Part shown: one piece after another, positions 53,483 to 64,000 of the stretch
Position numbering within the stretch: position 1 is the first letter of the stretch
How the letters are laid out: each line of letters starts with the position of its first letter
NCBI RefSeq assembly: GCF_006345805.1
Contig: NC_042998.1
Location: 26,164,001-26,228,000, forward strand
Direction of reading: 5' to 3'
Source of the DNA: Octopus sinensis
Taxonomy: Eukaryota
DNA length: 64,000 nt
Notes under the pieces: model-generated
The model's input: the letters and a program-made list of their open reading frames with translations, nothing else
Database searches by the model: none
Told to the model about the DNA's origin: nothing
Translations under genes and position numbers: made by a program

Positions 53483-53985
53483 TTGTGTGTCTGTGTTTGT
53501 CCCCCCAACATCACTTGACAACCGATGCTGGTGTGTTTACGTCCCCGTAACTTAGCAGTTTGGCAAAAGAGACCGATAGAATAAATACTAGGCTTACAAA
53601 GAATAAATCCTGGGGTCGATTTGCTCAACTAAAGGCGGTGCTCCAGCATGGCCACAGTCAAATGACTGAAACAAGTGAAAAAAGAGTAGATACAGATTGA
53701 AATGGATCTGGTCTTTGAAGCTGACTGATGACAGTAATAGACATGTTTCAATTTTCTTAGAATCTTTCAAGAAAGCATATTTTGTTACCAAGTTATATAG
53801 GTGTTATAAACAATAGGCATAGGAGTGGTTGTATGGTAAGTAGCTTGCTTCCTAACCACATGGTTCCGGGTTCAGTCTCACTGTGTGGCACTTTGGGCAA
53901 GTGTCTTCTACTATAGCCTCAGACTGACCAAAGCCTTGTGAGTGGATTCGGTAGACGGAAACTGAAAGAAGCCTGTCGTATATAT
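53273..53985 (+). mobile_element. SINE family A full copy (53273-53686) and 5' fragment (53815-53985)
   Basis: Match family A. Confidence 0.85.
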
Positions 53986-54332
53986 GTATATAAAATAAAT
54001 CTCTGAATGAGGTATAAACAGTAACTGTATGACAATATGAAGTATATTTTCCACTTCAATGTGGCTAACCACTAAGGGTGGATGCTACTGTAGCTTGTAG
54101 CCCCAGGAGAACATCTTCTCCAGCTGGCTATTGACACACTTTCTGTGCCCTATTAGTATTTGCAAAGGGAAGCCATCCTTCCCATCGTCGACCTGACATG
54201 ATACGTATGGACCCAGGTTTCTGGGTATTTATCCGTTGTCAGCACACGACAATCACCGGTCTTCGATGCAAAGGGGTCCCAATGCAAATACATATATCCG
54301 ACCCCATATATATATGCACATGTACGTGTATT

Positions 54333-54553
54333 CTTTTATTTGTTTCAGTCAATTTGACTGCAGCCATGCTGGAGCACCACCTTTAGTTGAGGAAATCGAC
54401 TCTGGGATTTATTCTTTGTAAGCCTAGTGCTTATTCTATCAGTCTCTTTTGCCGAACTGCAATGTTACAAGGACACTAATGCACCAACATCGGTTGTCAA
54501 GCAATGTTGTGGGGGACAAACACAGACACACACACACATACACCCACACACAT

Positions 54554-54610
<57 letters not shown>

Positions 54611-54762
54611 CAACAGGCTCCTTTCAGTTTCCATCTACCAAATCCACTCACAAGACTTCGGTCAGCCCAAGGCTATAGTAGAAGACACTTGCCCAAGATA
54701 CCATGCAGTGAGACTGAACCATGTGGTTAGGAAGCAAGCTCACACAGCCACTCATGCACCTT
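54333..54762 (-). mobile_element. SINE family A, full length
   Basis: Match family A. Confidence 0.85.
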
Positions 54763-54781
54763 ATATGTTATTATTTGTCTG

Positions 54782-54812
<31 letters not shown>

Positions 54813-55185
54813 CTATATATATACATATACATACATACATATATATATATATATATTATATATATATATATATATAATATATATATATATATACATATAT
54901 TCACACACACACACATATATATATACATACATGTACACAAACATGCACAGACACAGAAGAAACTTAGGAACACTGATTATGAATAGCAACAATATGGCAG
55001 AGGGAGAATTTTATCAGTTCCTCTTCAAAATTCAAACCACCAACAGTAACAGCAGTAGTAGTAATAGTACCACCTCCACCACCATCACCATCACCATCAC
55101 CATCACCACCACCACCAACAACAACAACACTAGCAGCAGCAGCAGCAGAAAAGTTGAGATAAAAGTGAGCCTTATGCTGAATGAA

Positions 55186-55217
<32 letters not shown>

Positions 55218-55596
55218 GAATAATGGAAGTTACAATATGAGGAAATGTGATATTCAATGTCTGTTTTTTATTTTTTATTATTCTTTTACTCTACTTTGTT
55301 TTGTAAGTTTTTGTTTTGTTTTGTAGGTTTTTCTTTTTTCTTTTTTTTTTTTTCTTTTTTGAGAATATGACCTTATTTATTTGGTAGATATCTTGATGTG
55401 AGTCAGCCAATCAGACAATATGATTAATTGAATGATCTGTAAATATATACTGGTTCTGGTACTGCATGTACAAGTATGCTGGTTCTGTATTGCATGTACA
55501 AGTATGCACATGTATATGGTTGTATACATGTAGATATTATTAAGTGTTTGTGTGTCTATACATACGTACATACATGTATGCATGTATGTGTGTGAA

Positions 55597-55628
<32 letters not shown>

Positions 55629-56384
55629 CAGAAAAGAGAGAGTGATTGCTACATTATGACACACATTCTTAGATAGAAATGCGTTTCAATTTCTTGGATA
55701 CATTTTGCTTATTGAAAACTGTTTCATAAAATCTTTTTTTATTTTCAATGTATTTAGTTTGCTTCTAAATTAATGCTTAAACAAATTCTATGCAGTGTAG
55801 ATACTGTTACATTTGAAAAAGTGCATGTGATTCAAATTTTTAATGAGATTTTTTTGCAAAAAAATTAAATAGAATACTAGATTTTAATAGCTAGAAATCT
55901 TTAATTAGTTCTAGATTTTCAGCATTAGAAAAATGTATTGAAATTACCAAATAAAATAAAATTTAATGCATTTTTAAATAGAAAATTTGCGATATTTTTC
56001 ATTAAAGGCTCACACTTTTTGAATGAAGGTTTGAAGTAGGTTTAATAAATAGTTACTATGGAATTATTAGTGCTATATGGTTAGATTAATTACTGAAAAT
56101 GAAATCAAATCATTAAAAATAATTAAATGGAAATGTTTTAAACAATTCAGCATGAACAAAAATTTTAATTCAAGATTTGAAGCTTTATTATGATACCAAA
56201 AACTAAAACAAAAAACCTAGATATCGAAATTAAATTCATTGTTGGTTAAGCGAGGACAGAATAGCAAATATATGTGTTATGTTTTTAAACCAAGTAAAAT
56301 GTACAGCTATAAAGACAAAAATCCAAGGATATGTGAGACAGACTACAAATGGGAAAATAAAATGAAAACAATCTTTCATCTCAG

Positions 56385-56447
56385 TTATAAATACTCATTA
56401 TTATTGAATGTTTCTCTTTCTGGTAGATGTAAATATAAACATTTCTT
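56385..56447 (+). pseudogene. Candidate exon (open) entering S1; alternative in-frame acceptor at 56307
   Basis: ctttcatctcag|YKYSLLLNVSLSGRCKYKHF|gtaagt; phase 2 to 2; 72-nt intron to the next exon. Confidence 0.5.
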
Positions 56448-56519
56448 GTAAGTGAATTTGTTACATTGTTGGCAAATGTTAACAATGGAAAAGCTTTCTA
56501 AATAACAAACCATTCACAG

Positions 56520-56669
56520 ATTTCCTTTTAAGACGGTAGATAATTACAACATATTTTCTGTCTTCAGAGGATACACTTTGAGACTGTTCAGGGAGTTATC
56601 AGATTATTATCTTGACTTTTATTGCAAAATACTTTACCTGAAGAACTCACACACATACATGCTATAAAT
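56520..56669 (+). pseudogene. Candidate iGluR S1 ligand-binding-domain exon, TAA at 56665-56667
   Basis: ccattcacag|FPFKTVDNYNIFSVFRGYTLRLFRELSDYYLDFYCKILYLKNSHTYML*; about 11 of 22 identities by eye to [22 protein letters not shown]; weak gtgtgg donor after the stop. Confidence 0.58.
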
Positions 56670-56868
56670 GTGTGGGGGATGAGGGGGGGATGGGTGTATA
56701 ATATATAGTATACATATATCTATATATGATATATGCTATATACATATATATATAATGTACACACATATGTATATACACATTGTTTTTACGAAGAGTTATA
56801 AATAAAAGCAATTTAACATTAACCTGAAAAATCATCTCAATACTTTTTGTAGAGTCATGTTTACTATA

Positions 56869-56912
<44 letters not shown>

Positions 56913-56914
56913 CT

Positions 56915-57109
56915 CCAAACAAGAAAACACAAAAAAACACAACGTGAGGACGTGGAACAAATATAGTATTATTGGACGCTCAGGAAAGAAGGGAAGAAGG
57001 AGGGTTTAACGTTTCGAGCGGAGCTCTTCTTCAGAAACATAGGAGAAGGAAAGATCCAGAGAAGGGAAAACAGAGGAAAAAAAAAATCGCCAACGGTACA
57101 CACGAGGTT

Positions 57110-57112
<3 letters not shown>
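56915..57112 (-). mobile_element. Penelope-like terminal fragment containing a minimal hammerhead-like motif (57004-57038)
   Basis: Minus strand gttt-CTGAAGA-a-gagc-tcc-gctc-GAAAC-gtt-aaac. Confidence 0.55.
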
Positions 57113-57154
<42 letters not shown>

Positions 57155-57156
<2 letters not shown>

Positions 57157-57637
57157 GGTGCAGGAGTGGTTGTGTGGTAAGAAGCTTGCTTCCCAACTGT
57201 ATGGTTCCAGGTTCATATGGTTTGGAATCAAACCTTTGTGAGTGGTTTTGGTTGACAGAAACAAAAGGAAGTCTGTGGTATACATATACACGCATGTGTG
57301 TGTGTGTGTATTTGTTTGTGTGTGTGTCTGTGTGCATGCATGTGTGTGTGTATGTGTGTGCATGTTTGTTTGTGTGTGTGTGTATGTGTGTTTGTGTGTG
57401 TGCACACACATGTGCTTGCATGCGTCTTTCTGTCTGTATTTATTCCCCACTAGTGCTTGACAACCGGTGTAGGTGTGTTTACATCCCCACAACTTAGCAG
57501 TTCAGCAAAAGAATCTGACAGAGTAAGTACCAGGCTTTAAAAAAGAGAAAACTAAAATACTAAGACTGATTTATTTGACTAAAAATTCTTCAAGACAGTG
57601 CTCCAGCATGGCCACAGTTTAATGACACAAACAAACA
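57155..57637 (+). mobile_element. SINE family A
   Basis: Match family A. Confidence 0.75.
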
Positions 57638-57901
57638 AAAGATAAACAATAAAAAGATTTAGAGACCATTCCTTTGTCAAAACTAGATTATTAATCAAAG
57701 ACAGATTGGATCCAAAGGTAAGCTTTGGCTTAAGAAATCCTTTTTGGTTAATAATAAAAAAAAATTATTAAAATTTATTAAAAGATAAACAATAAAAAAA
57801 TTTAGAGACCATTCTTTTGTCAAAACTAGATTATTAATCAAAGATAAATTGGATCCAAAGGTAAGCTTTGGCTTTAGAAAACCGTTTTGGTTAATAATAA
57901 A
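57638..57901 (+). repeat. Tandem duplication, 143-bp period
   Basis: About 120 bp aligned with 7 substitutions. Confidence 0.9.
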
Positions 57902-58562
57902 GATGACTGTCTTTGTATTTATGATCAGAGTATAAAGCATTTAACGATAACTTATGCAATTAATTCAGATGTAGTGAAAATGATTCTGTTTAATAAATAT
58001 TTAAGTTAAAAATAACAGGAAGTACTATATTATGTAGTGATGATAGAGAAAGGATGTAATCCATAAAGGATTTAGAAAGAGATTATGATGCTCAGAACAG
58101 GATGATAGTCAACACAATAGATATGATTAGTGCCGTGTACTGTTGAGGAACATGAAATGTTGTAATATGTATCTGTATTAAGAGATAACAAATAGTTTAA
58201 TCAATGTACAAGTAGGGTAACCATGTAATTTATATAGACAGTATTAAATAAATTACATTAGATTACTATGGAACTGTAAATATATGATGTAATCAATATA
58301 GGGATAACAGTCGCTGGATTGATGTAATGAAAGGAGATAAATAACAGCCACTACATGCTGCATTGAGTATAGAGGTAGCAATCAATACAACGTATAAAGA
58401 CTCACTAATAGCCACAAAATGATATGATTAATATGGACACAGGAAGTACCATATAACATAGTCAATGGAGCTTTTATTGTAGTTTTTGTTGTTGTTTGTT
58501 GTTGTTGTGTAGCCTGTAGGTTAATCCTAATCCTGCAGTCCTATGGTATATAGGGAGTATAT

Positions 58563-59232
58563 AAGGCGGCGAGCTGGCAGAAACGTTAGCATGCCGGGCG
58601 AAATGCGTAGCCGTATTTCATCTGCCATTACGTTCTGAGTTCAAATTCCACCGAGGCCGACTTTGCCTTTTATCCTTTCGGGGTCAATAAATTAAGTACC
58701 TATTTCTTTACTACCCACAAGGGGCTAAACACAGAGAGGACAAACAAGGACAGACAAACGGATTAAGTCGATTATATCGACCCCAGTGTGTAACTGGTAC
58801 TTATTTAATTGACCCCGAAAGGATGAAATGCAAAGTTGACCTCAGCGGAATTTGAACTCAGAACGTAGCAGCAGACGAAATACCTATTTCTTTATTACCC
58901 ACAAGGGGCTAAACATAGAGGGGACAAACAAGGACAGACATAGGTATTAAGTCGATTACATCGACCCCAGTGTGGAAATGGTACTTAATTTATCGACCCC
59001 GAAAGGATGAAAGGCAAAGTCAACCTCGGCGGAATTTGAACTCACGACGTAACGACAGACGAAATACCGCTAAGCATTTCATCCGGCGTGCTAACGTTTC
59101 TGCCAGCTCGCCGCCTTTATAAATTAAGTACCAGTTATGCACTGGGGTCAATGTAATCAACTTAAACCGTTTGTCTGTCCTTGTTTGTCTCCTCTGTCTT
59201 TAGCTCCTTGTGGGTAGTAAAGAAATAGGTAT
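58563..59232. mobile_element. SINE-B (minus, 58701-59118) nested in SINE-B (plus) with a 14-bp TSD
   Basis: ataaattaagtacc at 58687-58700 and 59119-59132. Confidence 0.88.
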
Positions 59233-59811
59233 ATAGGGAGTCAGCCAAATGATAATACCATAGATCCATCTTTGTAATTACATCGTCTCCATATATAGTT
59301 GAAGACCACACAATGCAGTCTGACACTCAATAAATTTTATGGATTGAATCTTAACCAAAGGTAACTATTGATACACTCGGTGACATGACTGGTGTTAGGA
59401 AAGGCATCCTGCTGTAGAAACAATACCAGAGCTGACAGTAGGGTTTGGTGCAATCCTCCTGCTTACCAGTTCCTGTCAAAATATTCAACCTATACAAGCA
59501 AGCAAAACGGATGTTAAATGGTGACGATGATGATGACGATTTATAGACTCTGAATATACAAAAAACCCAATGCATTGAGGAGTATGTACATATTGCACCC
59601 AACATAGCTTATTTCTATCATTATTTGAGACATAAAAAAAATCACAAGTTGCAGGAGTGTCTGTGTGGTAAGAAGCTTACTTCTCAACCACATGGCATGG
59701 CACCTTGGGCAAGTCTCTTCTACTATAGCCTCAGGCCAACCAAAGCCTTGTGAGTGGATTTGGTAGACAGAAACTGAAATAAGACCTTCAAATGTATATA
59801 TATATATATAT

Positions 59812-60116
59812 ATCACCTGATCACCTGACCGACCAGACCATCAGATGTTGCTACACATCGCTGGTCACAATGTGTTCGCATTGTTTTAGCCTTCGAATGA
59901 CGCTACCCCACTGGCTAAGCGAGCAGACCAACAAAAGAAAGAGTGAGCGAAAGAGTGGTGAAAGAGCACAGCAGGGATCACCACTCCCTGCTGGAGCCTC
60001 CTGGAGCTTTTAGGTGTTTTCGCTCAATAAACACTCATAACGCCCAGTCTAGGAATCGAAACTGCGATCTTAGGACCGTGAGTCCACTGCCCTAACCACT
60101 AGGCCATTGCGCCTCC
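59812..60116 (-). mobile_element. SINE family D, full length
   Basis: ggcgcaatggcctagtggttaggg..gtttcgattcc head; (gatcaggt) tail. Confidence 0.75.
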
Positions 60117-60136
60117 ATACACACACACACACACAC

Positions 60137-60169
<33 letters not shown>

Positions 60170-60991
60170 GTATGTATGTATGTGTGTAGTGAATCCAAAC
60201 AAAGAAGAAAAAACAATAATGCAAGGACATGGTACAAGTACTGTATTATCAGACACTCAGGAAAGATGAAGGAAAGAGGATGTAATGTTTCAAGCCAAGC
60301 TCTTCTTCAGAAATGGACGAAAGTCCAAAGGAGGAGAAGGTGGAAGAAGAAAATTGCCGATACACACGCAGTTACATTTTGAAATGACTGGAAGTATCTG
60401 TGTTTGTCCCCACCACCATCACTTGACAACCAGTGTTGGTGTGTTTGCATCTCTGTCACTTAGCAGTTCAGCAAAAGAGACTGGTCGAATAAGTACTAGG
60501 CTTACAAAGAATAAATCCTGTTGCCAATTTATTTGACTAAAGGTGTAGCTCCAGCGTGGCCACAGTCAAATGACTGAAACAAGTAAAAGGGTATTGAATT
60601 ATATTGTAATAAGTATACTATATCGTGTGTGTGTGTGTGTGCATGTGTTTGTGTGTGTGTGCATGTGTTTTTGTGTGTGTGCATGTATGTGTGTTCATGT
60701 CCAAATGTCCAATATAGCTAGGTGTTCCACTTTGATTTGGTGTTTATTCAATGAGTGTTAGACAAACACAACCAATATGGAATAAAATTCTTTTTACCAG
60801 CAACCAGAAAATAGCTTCAGTGGCTTCAATTCCATAACATATGAACAGAAGTAGGATCAGGCAGTGCAGTTCTTTGTACACTAATCGACTTTGTCTCAAA
60901 ATGCAAATAAATTATTGGAAACAGAATGGCGAATGACAATCTGAACCGTTTCCATTTTCTTTCCTTTTTTTTCTTTTTACGTACTGTCCAG

Positions 60992-61129
60992 TTTATTTCT
61001 GAATTCTCCGGAGACAAGTAATGTGGATTCACTCAGTCACATCTTTGCGGTTACTGATCGTCTAAAAGTGATACCAGGTGACATCACAACATTGAATGAA
61101 AGTAACAACATTATACAATCAATTGAGAG
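60992..61129 (+). pseudogene. Candidate exon (open, 45 codons), possibly the S1 Arg-containing segment
   Basis: Long polypyrimidine tract + cag, donor gtaacg; LFLNSPETSNVDSLSHIFAVTDRLKVIPGDITTLNESNNIIQSIE, AVTDRLKVI vs AITYVREKVI; phase 2 to 2. Confidence 0.48.
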
Positions 61130-61140
61130 GTAACGGCTAC

Positions 61141-61920
61141 AGTGTTGTCGTCGGTATCCGTCCGTCTCGAGAGACGATGGTGTAGCTCGGAAAAGGTGGT
61201 GGGTGTTTATCTGCACTTCCTGGTGTGGCTGTGCAGACCTCTTCCTGTTGAGCTACAAGGCCTGGGCAGGTTTGTATGAGGGATCAGCTGTTGCCCCCGC
61301 AGTTTGACCCTCCCCCCCCCTCTCCACGCAGCTGGTAGCTCCAAGGGAATGACGGGGTCGATACAGCTTGGTACCAGATGCGTCGCAGGAGTTGCTGGTG
61401 ATGACGTGTGGTGTCAGGCCGCCTTAGGAACTCCAGCTCCGGATTTTCTGTCGGGGGGGTTACTCCCTTAGCCTTCCCCCAGGAGGGGGTCTTGCCGCAA
61501 GGCAGCAGAGGTTTGAAATCGGAGTTCCCTCTCCTAGTTGGGCTGCCAGCCAAGGCTATCAAGTCAGGCCACCTTAGGGACTCCAGCTCCGGATTTTCTG
61601 TCGGGGGTTACTCCCTTCCCCTTCTCCAGGAGGGGGTCTTGCCGCAAGGTAGCGGAGGTTTGGAATCGGAGTTTCCCTCTCCTACTTGGGCTGCCAGTCA
61701 AGGCTATCGAGTCCCAACTACCCGAAGCAAGTTGTTTTAAGGCGCCAGTGACTCGCCTTTGCCCCTTCTCCTGTCAGTAGGAACAGTTTCGCCGTGGGAA
61801 GGCCAGGAGTTGGACTTGACTGTCAGAGGCTATTTGAGACGCACACCGTGGGAGCACTTTGTAGGCAGTGGGAGCTTATCCCCGCTACCACACCCGGCTA
61901 TGACAGCCTTTGGAACTACT
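61141..61920 (-). mobile_element. Non-autonomous bipartite RTE derivative (5' UTR fused to the last codons and 3' UTR)
   Basis: 3' end matches the 12509-12620 RTE (GLHSHTRKCR*); GC-rich 5' part has RTE-type UTR motifs; 150-bp internal duplication. Confidence 0.7.
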
Positions 61921-62384
61921 ACAATAAAACGACTACAATAACATGTCATGAAAATAACCATACCAGCTACTTAAGATGCTCAACATAAGCTATTTATTAA
62001 TCCCTGATGCAATCAATATAGATGTAATAGTCTGTTGATGATTTAATACAATTTAGAGATAGCTAACAGTTACTACACGATGCAATCAATATATAGATAA
62101 CTATCAACCACTTCATACTGTAAATCAGCAATCGCATGTAGATCAATCAAAACCCATAGCTCAGATCTAATGGCAAAGCTGAGACAATTAGCAGACTTTG
62201 TACTAAAGCTTAATATTAAACTAGCTTCCTATTGATATCAGTGAAAGCTGATGAAACATTTTGAAATTATCCAGCATTTCTGCAGCTTAAAGCTAAAAAG
62301 CTTCGCTGTGGTTACAATGTGTCAACAGCTGGAGGGATGTTTCGCTCGTAGTAAACTGTCTTGGCCACATATGCTTGTGTAGGT

Positions 62385-62645
62385 ATGTGCGTGTATGTGT
62401 GTGTGTATGTGTGTGGGTATGTATGTGTGTGTTTATGTGGGTGTGCATGTGTGTGTATGTGTATGTGTGTATGTGTGTGTGTGTATGTATGTGTGTGTAC
62501 TTGTGTCTATGTGTGTGTGCTTGTGTGGGTTTGTGTGTGCTTGCGTATGTGTGTTCTTGTGTATGTTTGGGTGTGTTTGCTTGTGTGTGCTTGTGTGTGC
62601 TTGTGTGTTTGTGTGTGTATGTGTGTGTGCTTGTGTGTGTGTGTA
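62385..62645. repeat. Degenerate (TG)n tract
   Basis: Direct observation. Confidence 0.9.
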
Positions 62646-62830
62646 AAGTGCATTGTCAGTGACAACATGCACACTGCAGATTTTTTGTTGTTGGTGCAAA
62701 CGCATTATTGAGTTGCCTTGCAGTTTTTACATGCTTGTGCTTTTGAGCATGTGCCTAAATGTGTGTGTGTATGTATGTGTGCATGCATATGTGTATGCAT
62801 ATATATACATATATATATTTACACACACAC

Positions 62831-62871
<41 letters not shown>

Positions 62872-62923
62872 TTATACATATATTTACACACACAAAAATA
62901 TGCATGCATAAAAAATAAAAATC

Positions 62924-63309
62924 GTCATTAGATATGACAAAGGGTGTTAGAACTCCTACAATGCTAGAAATAAGAGCCAATGTCCTCTGATGCAGCAGTC
63001 AACACACACTATTGTATACATACATACTGACAGTGGCTGTAAATGGCCAAACTTGGCAGTCGTGATATCCCTATACTGCTGACGATTTTGGCTTGAAGAC
63101 CAAAACCTCTTCAGTAGAGTCAGCACCAAACACCAGATTCCAGATAAGATTGCCCCCAGCTAGAAATAAGAGCTAAAGTGCTCTGATCCTGCAGTTGATG
63201 CACATAATTGTACACATACATACTGACAGTGACTGTAAATAGCCGAAATGGTAGTCATGACACTCCTAGCATTGTAGGTATTCTAACGCCTTCTGTCATA
63301 TTTATTGAC
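62924..63309. mobile_element. Foldback element: 44-bp inverted ends, internal direct repeats of about 105 bp
   Basis: gtcattagatatgac..acaatgctag / ctagcattgtagg..atatttattgac. Confidence 0.65.
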
Positions 63310-64000
63310 AATCATAATTTCATTATATATATATATATATATATATATATCTATATATATAGTAATTTATTGTCATATCGTGGTTCATTTATCACGGTTT
63401 ATTATTTAAGTTTACATTGATTCCTCCGTGGTGTTGTTTTGCATTTATGATAAAATAAATATATAGAAATTATAAAAATAATTCTAAAATATATACAGTA
63501 CAGTACTGTTTCTACTTCATGGGTTTTCACCTATTGTACGGGTTTTGGAATGTAACACGTGCAATAGTCGAGGGATTACTACATATATATATATGTGTGT
63601 GTGTGTAGGTATGTATGTATAAACACACACACACACATATATATATACATATATATAACATATATATACATATATATAAACATATATATAAGTGTATATA
63701 TATGTGTATATATGAAAATATTACACTCTTGGAGTGGTTGGTGTTAGGAAGGGCATCCAGCCATAGAAAACCATGCTAAATCAGACTGGAGCCTGGCGTA
63801 GCCTTCCAGCATGCTAACAATTCTGCCAGCTCAGCACCTTGATAACTGTTTAATAATGTAAAAGTTAGTTATTTTCAGAGAATCTTTCTGTGTTCTTGAA
63901 TATTTCTAAAATTAATTAAAACACATAGGAAGTGTATTTTTTTCTACTCTAGGGACAAGACCCGAAATTTTGGGGGAGGGTTCCAGTTGATTAGATCAAC

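Noticed and set aside
62240-62350. Possible next receptor exon (KADETF*NYPAFLQLKAKKLRCGYNVSTAGGMF)
   Set aside because: Wrong phase after 61129, contains a stop, and shows no M1-region similarity.
37566-63582. Tigger-like TIR ends at 37566-37579 and 63569-63582 as one large element
   Set aside because: They are 26 kb apart with no transposase; most likely independent short remnants.

Overview
AT-rich, repeat-saturated eukaryotic DNA. The repeat complement (tRNA-headed SINEs, RTE 3' ends with (GAT)n tails, Penelope-like termini, dense TA/CA/GATA microsatellites) points to a coleoid cephalopod, probably Octopus; this is an inference. There is no intact long ORF, and almost all ORF-track entries are microsatellite or repeat artefacts. 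Manual exon hunting suggests a roughly 50 kb, plus-strand, multi-exon ionotropic glutamate receptor (iGluR/IR)-like gene covering the ATD and S1 regions. Its splice phases are largely consistent, but many exons carry stops or frameshifts, so it is either a pseudogene or affected by assembly errors. The S1 exon FRGYTLRLFRELS is the strongest evidence and the middle ATD exons are weak. The introns hold LINE relics (RTE, CR1-like, R4/Dong-like), a deleted piggyBac, TTAA MITEs (including a dimer mobilised as a unit), a pogo-like MITE, four SINE families and Penelope-like terminal repeats with hammerhead-ribozyme-like motifs, one in an unusual permuted order. Repeat boundaries are approximate (about +/-10 bp). 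Protein comparisons are to recalled motifs; no searches were run.
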